DNA from: Cyanophora paradoxa CCMP329
Lineage: Eukaryota; Plantae; Glaucophyta
Length of the DNA stretch: 64,000 bases
NCBI GenBank assembly: GCA_004431415.1
Contig: QPMI01000609.1
Coordinates: 1 to 64,000 of the forward strand
Direction of reading: 5' to 3'
Below are positions 46,339 to 59,800 of the stretch, in pieces (the stretch's first letter is position 1; every line of letters begins with the position of its first letter). A program made the position numbers and the translations under genes. Below the pieces are notes generated by a model. That model ran no database searches and was not told the DNA's origin. It was given only the letters and a program-made list of their open reading frames with translations.

Positions 46339-46733
46339 CTAGAAGCCTCTATGTAACATCCAAGCACATAGAGAAGCCGCTGAACCCGACGGCTGGGAGT
46401 TGGGTCCTCCCACGAAAACGCGACAAAGAGCCCGAGCCGCTTCGCAGCTAGCTCAAGGGCTATCAAGTCGATCTCCCTAGTTATAACGAGGCCAGGCGTA
46501 GGCTCGGAGAGCCCGCGAAAGCCCCAAAGGGCTCAGTTGCGTTTCAAAAGGGGGTTCTCCCTGCTGGCGCCATCGGCTTCCGGCTAGCTGTCCAGCCTCA
46601 AAAACCCGCTAAAGAGGCTGTTCGTACCTGAATTGCTGGGCTGGATCCTCCGCGCCGTAGCGTCTAAGCTTTCGTGCGACTCCCGGTATGCTCGTCGAAC
46701 AACGAAGCACGCATCCGATGCCTCTTCTGAGCT

Positions 46734-47203
46734 GCTAGGGCAAGCCGAAACGCTCCACCGATGCGCTCCTTCTTCCCAAAAGACCGACTAGGCGCGGGAG
46801 CGAGGGGTTCCGCAAAGCCGAGACTGACACTGTACCCCTGTGGGGTCGCTTCACTCGACACAGCTCGCTTGAGGGCAGGCCGCGGAGTTGGAGAACGCCA
46901 TCAGGAGGCCGCGCAAAGCACAGAACTCGCACCGCTCGAAATGAGCGGGCCAGCGGCGTTCAGTAGCCAGCTCGCGTCCTTCGCGTTCCGCGGCGGGCGA
47001 GGAACGAGGCGTGCCGCATCGGCCACATCGTCTCCGGCGCCCCAGGCGTCAGCAGCCACGCCTTCGGAAGCGCCGAAACCCGAGCGCACGTCGGCGAAGC
47101 GCAGGAGGACGCGCCCGAGCGCTGCTTCGGACGACACAGTTAACGCTAGCAACGGAGGTCCTGCTTCGCCGCGGCTGCAGACCGCTGCGGCTCTCGGGAC
47201 GCC
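46734..47203 (+). repeat. Copy 1 of a ~0.5-kb duplication (upstream region and first ~90 codons)
   Basis: Aligns by eye with 49398-49908. Confidence 0.9.
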
Positions 47204-48633
47204 CGCGGCGCCCGGACTTGGCGGCGACGACCCGCTCGCGCACCCTCTGGTGGAGATTGCGCAGGAGCTCTCTCAAAACCTCTCTTCTCTGAAGTTCGGT
47301 TCTCCTGTGACACATGTCTACAATGTGCGCGGAACGCCTGCCGCGCGTGCTTCCCAGCTCCGCGCCATGTTAATTGACGCTCCCTCGCGCAGCCTTACGA
47401 CTACGTGCGCAGCGCGCACTCCGCGCCATCGAGAAACTCAGGAAGAGTTGATCGGAACGCAGGCGCTCGATCCGTACGACATGTACTGCAGGAAATTTGG
47501 CACCGAAACTAATCGCGAGGTCCTCCTGGTGCGCGGCCCCGCCGTCCTTTCCCTCGCGCGCCTCTCAGACGTCCCAGCTTGGAATGAATCCCGGCCCGTT
47601 CGGCATGGCGCAAACGGGTGAGCGCAAGCGAGCCCTTCGAGCTACGTGCGCCGAGCTTTCGGCCGCAGGCGTCCCGTTCGGCATCGTGTCGTTCGTCCGG
47701 GACTGGATGGGGGTAAGGGCTTTCTCCCCCACCTGCCGGCTCGGCCGCACGCGCCTGCCGCCCACGCCCGCCCCCTCAGATCTCGGGCGAAGTTGGCAAG
47801 CCCGCCAAGGAGCACCCCGCGCGGCCCATCGAAGGTGACCCGCCCCGCTCCTCCTCTGCTTCCCGGCTCAATTCGATCCAGGCTTCGCTTGCCCTCGGTC
47901 CGAGGTCTCGGGCGCGCGGCTCTGGGGCTGGGCCCGCGACACCTTCGGTACCCCGGAGGCCTTTTTTTCGCGCTTCTTCGTCGCGAACTACTGCCCCCTG
48001 GTCCGCTGTCCGCCCCGCCGCCCTCCCCGGACTCCCCGCCTCGCCCTCCCGAGGCTCGCCCGAAGGTCTTCATGGAGGGCAAGACGGGCAAGAACCGTAC
48101 CCCCGACCAGCTCCGCGAGGCGCGAGGGGCCCCCGCGTCTGAGTCTGAATTCGAATCTGAGTCGCCCCGCGGCCGCAGAAGAAGCAGATCTTCGAGCCGT
48201 GCGACCACGCCCTGAGGAGGACCATCCTGCACCTCCGCCCCAGGCGCGCCCCGCCCGGCCGGGGTCCCGGCGCCGGGGCCCGCCTCACCCAGCCAGATCA
48301 AATCAAATCAGGTACGTCATCGGAGTGGGCAAGTTCGCGCAGGAGAGGGCGCGGATCGCCCTGGAGGGGCTCGCGGGGCAGCTGGAGCCGGCCCCCGTCC
48401 TCGGCTCGATCCTGCACCCGAGCCCCGCGAGCCCGGGTCCGATTTGATCCGATTCGACGCGATTTGATCTGAGCTCCTGAACCGCAGCGGCGAACAGGGA
48501 CTGGGTAGGGACCATCGAGCGCGAGTTCAAGGCGATGGGCGTGGATCTGCCGCCCCGCCGCCCCGCCCCGCCCCAGGCCGCGGAGGAGGAGGCGGAGGCG
48601 GAGGAGGCCGCCGCCTCCCAGGAATCCCCCTAG
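46941..48633 (+). CDS. SMUG1: Single-strand-selective monofunctional uracil-DNA glycosylase
   Basis: VTHVYN/PYDY/A, LGMNPGPFGMAQTG/VPFG, SEVSGARLWG, FFVANYCPL, GKNRTP, VIGVGKFA, ILHPSPASP/AANRDW. Confidence 0.95.
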
Positions 48634-48770
48634 CGCAGTGTATTCTTGGTCTTCGAAGGCTGGAACAGCATATTCCTCTGCGGGACACACTGTGACAGGG
48701 CGGGTTGGGGGCGGGGGGCCTGTGCTGAGGCTGGAGATGCCGAATTGGGCGGGGCGGCGCATTGGCTTGC

Positions 48771-49349
48771 TTAGGAGACCTGCGCAGGGCGGCGTTAGAG
48801 TGAGGCCCGCGCGGGCGTCGCGGCGGGCCGGCCGGCGAGCCTTCGGGACGTCGTAGTGCTCGGAGAGGTTGGTGAGGTACTTGTTGAAGTCCTGCGGCGC
48901 GCGCGCGGGCTCAGCTTAGAGCCAAGAGCCAGCGCGAGCTGCACAGGAGTCGACTGCACCTCGACCTTCTCTCTGTGCGACTTCTGCGCGGCCTTCTGGG
49001 CGAGCTCGCGCTTCTGCGCGGCGGTCAGTCGGGCGTACGGCGCTCGTCCTTCTACGACCGTACCCGCTTCTTGAGCGTCTCCTGGTACTTGCGCTGTGCC
49101 TCCGTGAGCGTGGTCTCCGGGTCGGACTTCGGAGTCGGTTCTTCCGCGTCGAAGTTCACCTCCGTGGCCTGCGGGGGGACAGACAGCTCCTCCGTCTTCC
49201 GCTTCTTCTTCTTCTTCCTGCAGAGCGTCAGTACAGCCGCGTGAGGCACCCAGGCGCGCCGCGCACTTCTCATCTGAAGGCAGGGCTGCTCCTTTCAGCT
49301 TGAGCTTGCCTCCCACGACGTTCTCGAACTTCTCGGCGTGCTTGCTCAT
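48771..49349 (-). CDS. FAM32A: FAM32A-like (DUF1754) protein
   Basis: FENVVGGKLKLKG, KKKKKRK, TLTEAQRKY, AQKSHREKVE/DFNKYLTNLSEHYDVPK/VS*. Confidence 0.9.
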
Positions 49350-49397
49350 CGGAACTCTCTCCGCCTGTCTTGCCGGTCTTTGTGTGCTTGATTCGCC

Positions 49398-49908
49398 GCT
49401 AGAGCAAGCCGAAACGCTCCACCGATGCGCTCCTTCTTCCCCAGAGGCCAACTAGCCGCGGAAGCAAGGGGTTCGCAAAGCCGGCACTGACACCGTACCC
49501 CGGTTAGGTCTCTTCAGACTCTTCTGACTCTTCAGACTCTTCAATGTCTTCACCTGGCAAAGCCCGGTTGAAGGCAGTCCGCGGAGTTTGAGAACGCCAT
49601 CAGGAGGCTGCTTATAGTACATACTTCGCCCCGTTCAAAATGACCGGGCCCGCAGAGTCCAGCAGCCAGCTCGCGTCCTTCGCGTTCCGCGGCGGGCGAG
49701 GAAAGAAGCGTGCCGCACCGGCCACATCGTCTCCGGCGCCCCAGGCGTCAGCAGCCTCGCATGCGGAAGCTCCGAATCCCGCGGCCGAGCGCAAATCGGC
49801 GAAGCGCAGGAGGACGCGCCCGAGCGCTGCTTCGGACGTCGCCGTTAGCGCTAGCAGCGGAGGTCCTGCTTCGCCGCGGCCGCCGACCGCTGCGGCTCTC
49901 GGGACGCC
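49398..49908 (+). repeat. Copy 2 of the ~0.5-kb duplication
   Basis: Shares gcaagccgaaacgctccaccgatgcgctccttcttccc and the SSQLASFAFRGGRG...SAKRRRTRPSAASD coding block with copy 1. Confidence 0.9.
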
Positions 49909-51035
49909 GTCAATCATGGACCTGCCGGGTGCGCGTTCATTTCCGTCGGCCATATGACAGCGCCCTGTCGCTAGCGCTCAAGCTCTTCGCAGATTATGTG
50001 ATAATGTTGATAATGGAGAAAGCGGCTGCGGTCATCGGGACGATGAGCGTCCTGAGGGGCTTCGCATCTGCGCGGCGCCGCTTCCAGCAGCTCGCGCACG
50101 GCCCATCGTCCAAACTCTTCGAAGCACCAGTTTTCATGGAGTCCCGCCTGGTGAGCCGCTGGCGCTTTAAGCTAGCGCGGGCCGCGCTCAGAGTTGATGC
50201 GATTGCGAATGCAGTGCAGGCCATCGTGGACGGACCCTCGAGATCGCGATCTGCTGGTATTCGACATCGCGCAGATCGCCGGGAAGTTCGGCGGGCGCTT
50301 CCAGCGGCTGTGCCTCGCCGACTTGAGGTTCGGCGAATGGCACTCCGGCTACTGCCCCTTCTCCAAGGCCCTCGGCGCCTGCCCGAACCTCACCCACCTC
50401 TCCCTCGCCAACCGCGACGCAAGCGAGAGCTACCTCCGGGCCGTCGCCTCTCTTCAGCACCTCCCCAAGGGCTTCCGCCTGCCCCGCCTCCGCCACCTCG
50501 ACCTCTCCGGCCTCGCCGTACCCCTCCCCGCCCTCCGCCGCCTCCTGGGAGCCTGCGCCGCCTCCGTCCGGCGACTCTTCCTCAGGTGAGCGGCCCTCGG
50601 CCGCCTCCCACTCATCGTACTCTTAAACCGCGACAGGAAAACGAGCGTGTCCGGTCCCCAAAACGGCGCGCTCGAGATTTCAACCGCACTGAAAGGCTTG
50701 AAGTGCGGTGCATGTCTGAACCTCTTCAGCCTGTCCCGCCCTCTCAGCCGAACGTACCCCCGCCGCGCAGCTTCCCCCGCCTGGAGAGCCTCGACCTTTC
50801 GGACACGGGCGTCGGCGTAATCGACCTGCGGCGTCTTCTCGACCATGGACATCTCCCCGCGCTCGCGGACCTATACGTCGTGCGCCTCTACCCCCCGCGC
50901 GGCCCTGCCCCCCGTACGCGTCGCGCTCTGAACAGCATCGATATCGGCCGGCGGCAGCATGGCCGGGAGATCTTTAAGAAGGAGATCCGCCGTCGAGGCC
51001 TCCTGGTCGTCTACAGAAACCTCGTGCGCGATTGA
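49640..51035 (+). CDS. F-box/LRR protein
   Basis: Spliced SIMDLP/DYVIMLIME (F-box start); CPNLTHLSL, LPRLRHLDLSG, FPRLESLDLSDT, LPALADL. Confidence 0.75.
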
Positions 51036-51097
51036 ATCCCGTACCCCGGCCCGCGTGACGTTCCCCTCAAGCCTGCCTGCCCGCTCGCACGCCGCAG

Positions 51098-52934
51098 GAC
51101 GAGATGCACGCCGCGGCGCTGCGAGAGCTCCGCCGGCACTTCGACGGGACGGCGTACCCCCGGCCCGAAAGTTCCCGCCTCAACGTACCCCGCCTCGCCG
51201 TTCCCTTTTTTCTCAAAGGTAGATCCCCCCCCCCTCCCCCTCCCCTCCCCCTCCCCTCCCCCCTTTCTCCTCCCCGCCCGCCCTCCTCCTCCCCCGACCG
51301 CGCTCTCGGCAGCACTCTCCGCCGGGCCGAGCGGGGTCGAGGTCGCCCGGAGGCTCGTGACCGAGTTGGGCGTCTCGCCCCTCGCCCGCCTGTCCGCCAA
51401 CGCCAATCCGAGCCCCTGGGCGAGTACCCCCCCCCCCTCCCCCCCCTCTCCCTGCCCGGCTTTGCCAACCCGCTTTCTGCCGCTCGCGTCAGATCCCCGA
51501 GTACTTTCGGGCTCGGGCTCCCGACCTGCAGGAGACGGCTCTCCAAGAGATCCTCTGCGCCGGAAGTTTCGAAGCGGCGGACGTGCGACAAGCGAGCCTA
51601 TAGATAGGCCTTCTGCTCCGCCGCTCGCCCTTCGCTGATTGCTGAGAGCTGTTCTGCCCGCAGCTGATCGCGGAGTGGGAGCTGGGCCCCCTCGTGAACC
51701 TTGCGAGCTCGGGCCGCCGCTCGCCCCTGCACCTTGCCGTTGAGCACTCCCCTAGCCTGGTCGAGCTTCTGCTGGAGTCCGGCGCCGACGTTCTTTGTCA
51801 GGTACGCGCGAAACGCTCGCCGTGCTCCCCTCCTCTCTAGATCTTACGCTGCCCTTCTCTTCAGGACGCGGGGGGCGCCACCGCCCTGCACCTCGCGTGC
51901 GAGCTCGGGCAGAGGGACGTTGCACGGGCTCTGCTGGAGGCGGCCGCCCGCGCGGACCTCGCCCTCGATCTCGTCTCGGCGCAGGACGGCGCCGGCCGCA
52001 CGCCCCTGCAGGTGATCGTCGGGCACGCGCTTCCTCTCGTCAAGGCTCCATCCAGAACGGCCTACGGTCACGAGGATCAGTGGGCAGCAGCGATCGAGTA
52101 CGAAGAATGGTGTCGTGCAATGCGCATCCACGAGGAAGAGATGCAGCAGAAGCGTCACAACCAGTCCCTCGTCGCTACTCACGCCATCGGTTGGCCCCGG
52201 CTCCGCCTCCGATGCTGCTCTCTCTATCTAATCGTGACTGTTATCTAACTGTACCCGTGTCGGCGCAGAATTCCTCGCGCTCGACGGCCTGCAGCTGGAG
52301 GTCCTGGGCGTGCGTACCCCCGTCCTGGAGGAGCCCGTCTGGGGCCGGGGGCGCGACGAGCCCCTCCTGCACTTCGCCGCCCGCGAGTGTACCCCCGCGG
52401 CCGTCCGCGCCCTCCTCTCTGCCGGAGCCGACCCGTGCCAAGAGGCGCGCGCCCTCCATCTATTTATAGCTGCGCCGTCCTCTTCGAATTCTGATTTCGG
52501 CGCAGGGAAAGGGCGGGGCGACGGTGCTGCAGATCGCGGAGCGGGCACGGGACGCGGCGATGCGGGAGGCGATCCTCGCGTTCGCGGAGGAGAACGGCGT
52601 ACCCCTCGAGCGCCTCGGGGGCTCCCGGCCTCGAACGCAACCGGTACCCCCCGAGCCCCATGAACAAGCGCGTGCACCGCCCGCGGAGGGCTCGCAGCGG
52701 GCCGGGCGCCGCCGCCGCCGCAGCCCTAACGAGGAAATCTCCCTGGCCACTGTCCGTTGTACCCCCCCCCCGATACCGGTCCTTAGTAACCCCTCCCGAA
52801 CAAAGCCCCCCCCCCCCCGATCCCGGTCAATCCTTAGTACCCCCTCCCAAACAAAGCTAAACGCATCGCGATCGCTCCAGGGGGGGGACAACGTGAACGA
52901 CGTCGTGAATCAGTCCCGTACCCGGCGATCCTGA
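51098..52934 (+). CDS. Ankyrin-repeat protein; may be a spliced continuation of the F-box/LRR gene
   Basis: RSPLHLAV..VELLLESGAD, GATALHLACELGQRDVARALL, GRTPLQ, PLLHFAA..AVRALLSAGADP. Confidence 0.75.
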
Positions 52935-53835
52935 CATCGATGTCGATGTCGGTGTCGGCTGTATACGCACGCATTCATCATCGCATTACCAGGCGTTCAA
53001 TTTTTCCGTTAAACGTTGCAGTATTCATTGGCTCTTGAACTCGAATGTGATGTCATTTATAAGGAGCTCGATCGAGATTGCGGAGTCGAATTTCCCAGAT
53101 CTTGTGCTTTGTTTGGATTTTAATAAATTTCGCCGTACGCGTACGCGCGTGCTGCAGTACCGAAGTACCGTAGTAGTAGCAATAGTACTACGTCTACGCG
53201 TTCATTTCTCCTGCGCGTTCATTTCTTCTGCCGACTCGTCTCCCAGCTCCCGCTCGCCCCGGGCCCCTCCCCCCCCCCCCCCCCCCCCCCCCCCCCGGGC
53301 CCTCCCAGTACTGCAGTAATTTCGTTTTATGATCAGCTGCAGCTCAGTGAATTATGCATATCAGAGTCTCGCGCTCATGAACTCATTATCATCGCTATCG
53401 ATCGTGATCTACATCGTCTAATAGGCCTCGATACTGTGATAGGTTAACGTTCAAGGCCTAGGGCTTCACGATCAGCAGCGATGAATGTGGCTTCACTTAG
53501 TTGTAGCAGTAAGCTTCAATTTTCAGGCTTCCAATTAAAAATGCAAGTTAAACGGGGCAGGCACTGTGCATGCCATGAAATGGAAACTTGAATATACTAC
53601 TACTAGGCTATGATAAGCCTTGCCAAGTTGAACTTCGGAACAGTGAAGTTCGGGGGCGTACGCCTAGTAGCGCGCGTGTAAGCAAGCAATCCACTGGCGA
53701 CTACTTAGAGGACGGCTGTGCAGGCGCCGATACTATGAAAGCTCGCGACCGCAGGCTTCTCCCCCGGCCAAGGCTTCTCATATCGCAGTTGACATTACGA
53801 ACGATTTCGACGACTAATATTGCACTCGCAACCAG

Positions 53836-56800
53836 CTAGCTCTCGCCGAGGGACCGGGCCCCGCGCGGGCCGGGGGCTACCGAATCGCGCCGGCGTCGCG
53901 CGCCCTCAGAGTGTACACCAGGCCCGAGGCCGTGTGCGGCGCCTCCGCCGCCCCCGCCCCCGCCCCCGCCCCACCGCGGGCGTCGCCCAGCCAGGCGCCC
54001 ACCGTCGCCGCCGCGTTCGCCGGCGAGCGCGCCCGGTGGGGCGCCGCGGGGGCCGAGAGGGACGGGCGGCCGCTGGGGCGGGCGCCGGCGCGGGGGCCGG
54101 CGGGGCGAGGGCGCGGGCTGGGGCGAGGCGACGTGCGCGACGCCCATCTGCTGGAGGCGCCGGGGGAGCCCCGAGGCGTCGGCCGCCCCCGAGCGCGCGT
54201 CCCGGATCCACCGGTTCACCACGCCCCCGAGGCCCCCGTCCCCCTCCGAGGAGCGCGCCGCCGGCACCGCCGGCGGCTCCTCGTGCGGGCCGGCCGCCGC
54301 GGCGAGGCCCAGCGCCGCCGCGGCCGCCGCCAGCAGCGCCTCGGCGCTCACGCCGGCCGCCGGGGCCGGGGCCGGGGCCGGCGCGGGCGCCTGCGGCGGG
54401 GGCGGCGGGGGCGCCGGCGGCGCCGTGTCGATCTGCGCGCGCGGCGCGCAGGCGTCAGCTTCGGGTTCGACTTCGGCTTCGGAGGAGGGGGCGGCGGGGC
54501 GGACGACGGTGGCGCGGCGCTCGAGGGCGGCGAGGCGCGAGGCGAGGCCCTCCGCCTGCCGCCCGAGCCGCTCGCCCTTCGCCCCCCGCGCCGCCTTCGC
54601 CCACTCCGCTGCGAACGAAGCCTCAGAGGCCGGGGGCGAAGCGGAGTCTAAAAATAGGCCGCGCGCACCGAAGGCGGTGGAGAGGCCGCGCGCCTCGCGC
54701 CGCTCGGCGGCGCGCTGCGCGAGGCGGGCGGCGCGCCGGGCGCTGGCGGCGTGCCCGCGCCAGCCGCCGAAGGCCCTGCGCAGCGCGGCCGCCCGCGCGC
54801 CGCTCCAGGCGCGGTACAGGATCGCGACGCCGGCGCGCACGCGGTCGGCCCCGACGCGCGCCTCCGCCTCGGCCAGGCGCGCCCGCGTGCCGGCGAGCTC
54901 GTCGCCCCGCCGCGCGAGCTCCGCCTGCGCCGCCAGCAGCCGCTGCTCGGCCTCGCCCCGGGCCGAGGCGGCGCGCTGCCCGTCCGTGATGCGCGCCGCC
55001 GCGTCGGCGAGCTGGACCTCGGCGGAGCGGAGGATGCGGGCCCGCCGCGCCGCCTCCAGCGCGCCCTTCCAGTCCGAGAGGGCCCGCCCCGCCCGCACCC
55101 GCTCGAGCCGCCGCGCCGCCAGGAACCGCCGCTCGTGCCGCGCCCGCCGCCCCGCCGCCCACTGCCGCCACTCGGCCAGCGCCGCCGCCGCCGCGCGCTG
55201 CGCGGGGCGCCGCAGGACGCGCCGGAGGGCCGCGAGGCGGTGGCTCGCGAGGCGTCCCTCGATGTGCGCGAGGCGGTCCGCCATCTCGCCGGCCGCCGCC
55301 TCCGCCCGCGCCCGCTGCTCCCCGCCCTTGGCCGCCGCCGTCGAGCGGGCCTCCCCGCGCCACGCGCCGAAGGCCGCCGCGAGGGCCGCGCGGTCGGCGG
55401 CGCGCTCGAGGCGGCGGAGGGCGGCGACCGCGGCGCGGGCCTTGCCCTCGCGCCCCGCCCGCTCCGCCGCCCGCAGGCCGCCCTCCGCCTCCCGGAGGCG
55501 CGAGCGGAGGCCCCCAAGCTCGCGCGACTGGCCCTCCAGCTCCCCCTGCAGGAGCGCCCGGCCCGGTCCGCGTCCGACAGCGCCGCCACGCGCCGCCGGA
55601 GCGCCTCCGCCTCCGCCACCGCCTCCTCCCGGTCGATCTGCGCCGCCCTCTGCGCACGCCGCTGAGCCGGCGCGGGGCGGGGCGGGGCGGGGCGGGGCGA
55701 AGCGAGCGGCGCACGGCGTCGGCGGCGGAGCGGGCGGCGGCCTGCGCCTGCCGCTGGAGCTCGGCCGCGGCGAGCGAGGCCGCGAGCTCGGCGGCCTGGC
55801 GGGCCCCCTCCTCGCGCCGCGCCTCGCCCTTGGCCGCCTCCAGCGCCGCCGTCAGCTCCTCCAGGCGGTCCCGCAACGCCGCGCCCTCGCGCGCCAGCTC
55901 CCGCTCCCGCTCGAGCCGCGCCGCCTCCCGCTCCGCCGCCTCCGCCGCCTGCGCCCGAAGCTGCTCCCGCAGCCGCTCCTGCGCCAAAGGCTGAGGCTAA
56001 GGCTGAGCGCGAGGCGGGGGAAGGCGCAGCGCACGTCGCGGCGGGCCTCGGCGCGCAGCCGGTCGGCCTCGGCCTCGAGGTCGGCGTGCGCGTCCCGCAG
56101 GCGCCCCAGCTCGGCCCGCGCCTCCCCCGCCGCCGCCTCCTGCGCCTCCACGCGCCCCGCCAGCGCCGCCGCCTCCGCCGCGTGCCGCTCCTGCGCCCGC
56201 CGCGCCGCCTCGCGCGCCGCCGCGAGCTCCTCCCGCAGCGCCCCGCACTCCTCCGCCCGCGCCGTCGACTCCGCCGCCAGCTCCCCCCGCTCCCGCTGCG
56301 CGAACGTTAGGCCGTCTAGAGGGCCGGGGCGGGAGGGACGGGGGCGGACCGTGAGGGCGGCGAGGCGGTCGCGGGCGGCGGCGGCCTCGGCGGCGGCGGC
56401 CTCGCGCTGCTGGGCGGCCGGCGCGAGCTCGGCGACCTGCGCCCGCAGCGCCGCCCGCTCCCGCTCCGCCGCCTCCAGCCGCTCCTCCAGCTCCTGCACC
56501 GCCCGCTGCGCCCCCAAAGAGTGAGCCGCGGGGACGGCCGCAAGACTCTATAAGAACCGCTCTAAGAAGCTATAAGAAGCAAGCCCCACGCGTAAGCCGC
56601 TCACGTCGGTGTCCCCGCGGAGGGCCTTGAGCCGCTGCACCTCCTCCCCGCGCCGCTGCGCCTCCGCCCGCGCCGCCCCCGCCTCGCCCTGCCGCCGCCG
56701 CCGCCGCCAGCGCCCTCAGACGCGCGGGGCGAGAGAGAAGAAGGCAGCAAGCGGATTACTGACCTGGGAGACGGAGAGCTGACGCTTCAGGTCGCCCTGG

Positions 56801-59800
56801 ACGACGGCGGCCTCCGTGAGGCGGTTCTGCGCCTCCTGCAGTGCCGCGTCGCGCTGCGCGAGCTGCGCGCCCGCTGCCCGCGCCGCCCGCTCCGCCTTCG
56901 CCTCCGCCGCCTCCAGCGCCGCCGCCGCCGCCGCAAGGCGGTCCTTCAGCTCCTTCCTCTCGACCTGGTTCAAGTTAGAATCGGAAAGAATCAATCAAAG
57001 AAACAAACAGCGCGCCTCGTTGTCGATGAGGGAGCGCTGGAGCTCCTTCAGGGCGCGCTCCCGGTCCGCCTTCTCCTGCCCGTGCACCGACCGCTCCCGC
57101 GCGCCCCGCTCGCCGGCCCCGCGCAGCTCCTCCCGCGCGCCCTCGAGCTCCGCCGCGAGCGCCGCCGAGCGGCCCTGCAGCTCGGCCCGCTCCCGCTGCA
57201 GCTCGTCCAGGCGGGCCGTCGCGGCGGCCAGCTGCCCCGCGAGCTCGCCCCGCCTCCGCTCGAGGTCGGCGCCCTGCACCCGCGCCTGCTCGGCCTCGCG
57301 CTGCGCCGCCGCCAGCCGCTCCTGCAGCGCCGCCCGCGCCCGCTCCGCCTCCGCCTCGCGCTCGCCGGCTGCCTCCAGCCGCGCCCGCAGCTCCCGAGCC
57401 TCCGCCTCGGCCCCGGCCCGGCCCTGCTCGGCCCCCTCCGCCCCCGCTGCGCCGCCTCCAGCCGCGCCCGCAGCGCCGCGCACTCAGCCGCCGCCGCCTC
57501 CCGCGCCCGCTCCTCCCTTAGCCGCGCCGCCTCCGCCGCGTCGTGGGCGCGGGCCTCCTCGCCCACGCGCTCGCGCAGTTCGGCGGCGACGCGCTCGAGG
57601 GCGCGCAGCTGCTCCTCGGCGGCCGAGGCGCGCGTCTGGAGGAGCGCCCGCTCGTGCTGCAGCGACCCCTTCGCCTGCACCTGTACCCCGCCCGATCGAG
57701 AGTCAGCCTCGCCCGCAGCGGGCGGGAGGGCCGCCAGGAAGCACCTCGCCCTCGAGGCTCCGCCGGGAGGTCGCCAGCTCGTCCCCGAGCCGCGCCACGC
57801 GCTCCGCAAGCTCCTGCGCCGAAAACAAAGCTGAAACATCAGAGTAGAGCCGAGGCCATCGAAGGCGGGCGGGGCGGACCTGGCGGGCGCGCTCGGCGGC
57901 GGCCAGCTCCGCCTCCCGCGCCTGCAGGCGGCCCTGCAGCCCGCTCGCGTCCGCCTGAGCGCGCGCGCGGAGTCAGAATCGCGCCGCGAGGGGCGCGGGG
58001 CGGGGCGGGGCGGAGCGAAGGGCGCACGGCCACCGAGGAGCGGGCGCGGGCCTCCGCGTCGAGCTGGGCGGACGAAACGAAGCGAAGCGAACCGGTTAGT
58101 TAGTTTCAGCGAGTCGTCTATCTGGTCAGAAACCGCCCTAACCTGGGCGCGCAGGCGCTGGAGCTCGGCCTCTCGGTCGGCGAGGGAGCCCTGCGCGTCC
58201 AGCAGCTGCCGCGCAGAGAAAGAACTATGAGCTCGCTCGCTTCCGACGTTGGGAGGGATCTAATCCTCGTTCACCTGGCGGGCGAGGGCCTCGCGCTGGC
58301 GCTCCTCCTCCTGGAGGCGGAACCTGACCTGCTCCACGAGGCCCTGCGTCGCCTCGTGGTGCGAGCCGGCCTCCTGCAGCTCCCGCTCCGCCGCCCCCTG
58401 CAAAGAACTCGGCGCTCGCTCACGTGGCTCGGAATGGAACGGCGGCGCGCACCCTCGCGCGCAGCTCGGCCTCCAGCTCGCCGCGGGCGGCGTTCAGCTC
58501 CTCCTCCAGCTCGGCCAGCTGCGCCTCCCGCGCCCCGAGCCTCCCCTGCAGCGCCGCCAGCCGCCCCGCCGCCTCCGCCGCCTCCGCCTCCGCCTCCTCC
58601 AGCCGCGCCGCGAGGGCCGCCCGCGCGCCCTCCAGCGCCGCCCCCGCGTCCCGCGCCGCCGCGAGCTGGCCCTGGAGCTCCGCCACCTCGCCCTCCAGCG
58701 CCTCCCGCACGATCCGGTCGCCGTCCCCGGCCTCCCGCGCCGCCGCCGCGTACGACTCGGCGTCGGCGCTTGCGTCGTCCAGGCGCCGCCTGAGCTCCCC
58801 CTCGACGGCCGCCGCCCGCTCCTCCAGGTCGGCGCGGGCTCCCTCGGCGACGCGGAGGGCGCCCCGCGCCGCCGCCAGCTCCGAGCGCGCGTCGGCGGCC
58901 TCGGCGCGGGCGTCGCGCTCGCGCTCGTCGGCCACGCGGAGGTCCTCCCGCGTGGACGTCAGCTGCGCGTTCAGCGCCCCCGCGCGCTCCGCCATCGCCC
59001 GCCGCGCGGCCTCGGCATCCGAAGCCCGCCGCTCGGCGTCCATGAGCCTCTCCTGCAGCTCCGAGCGGCTCATGTGCGCCGCCCCGCGCGCCTCCGCCAG
59101 CTCCCGCTCCCGCGCCGCCAGCGCCGCCATCGCCCCGGCCCGCTCCGCCCGCTCGCCCTGCAGCTCGGCCGCCAGCGCCGCCAGGCGCTCCTGCAGGTCG
59201 GCCGCCTCGCGCCCGCGCGCCGAGAGCGCCGACTCCGCCTCGTGCAGGCTCCCGCGGAGCCGCACCGCCGCCTGGCCCGACTCCTCCGCCGCGCGCTCGG
59301 CGGCGGCGCGGGCCGAGCGCGTCTGCTCGAGGGCCTCCTGCGCCTCCCGCAGCTGCGCCTCCACGTCGGCCGCCATCGCCCGCAGCCTGAGCACGTCCTC
59401 GCCGCGCTCCGCCGCGGCCGCCCGCAGCGCCGCCGCCTCGCCCTCCGCCGCCCGCAGCGCCGCCTCCCGCGCCTCGAGCTCCCGCCGCGCCCGCTCCTCG
59501 CGGGCCCCGCGGAGGGCCTCGAGCCAGGACCCCATCGCCCGCGCCATCAGCCCGTGCCGCATCCGCGCCACGCAGCGCGCCGCCACCTGGCGCCCGCCTC
59601 TTAAAAGAAGACCAACTTTCAAGATTAAAGGCGCGAGGCACCTCGCGGTTGCGCTTGCCGGTCGCCACCGCCTCGCGCCACGAGGAGAACGCCGCCGCCT
59701 TGGCGCCGTGCTGCATGCGCCCGACGGCGCGCGAGGCGATGGACTTGGCGCGGAGGCGGTCGGCGACGAAGGCGCGCCAGGCGGCCCAGGCCCCCGAGAG

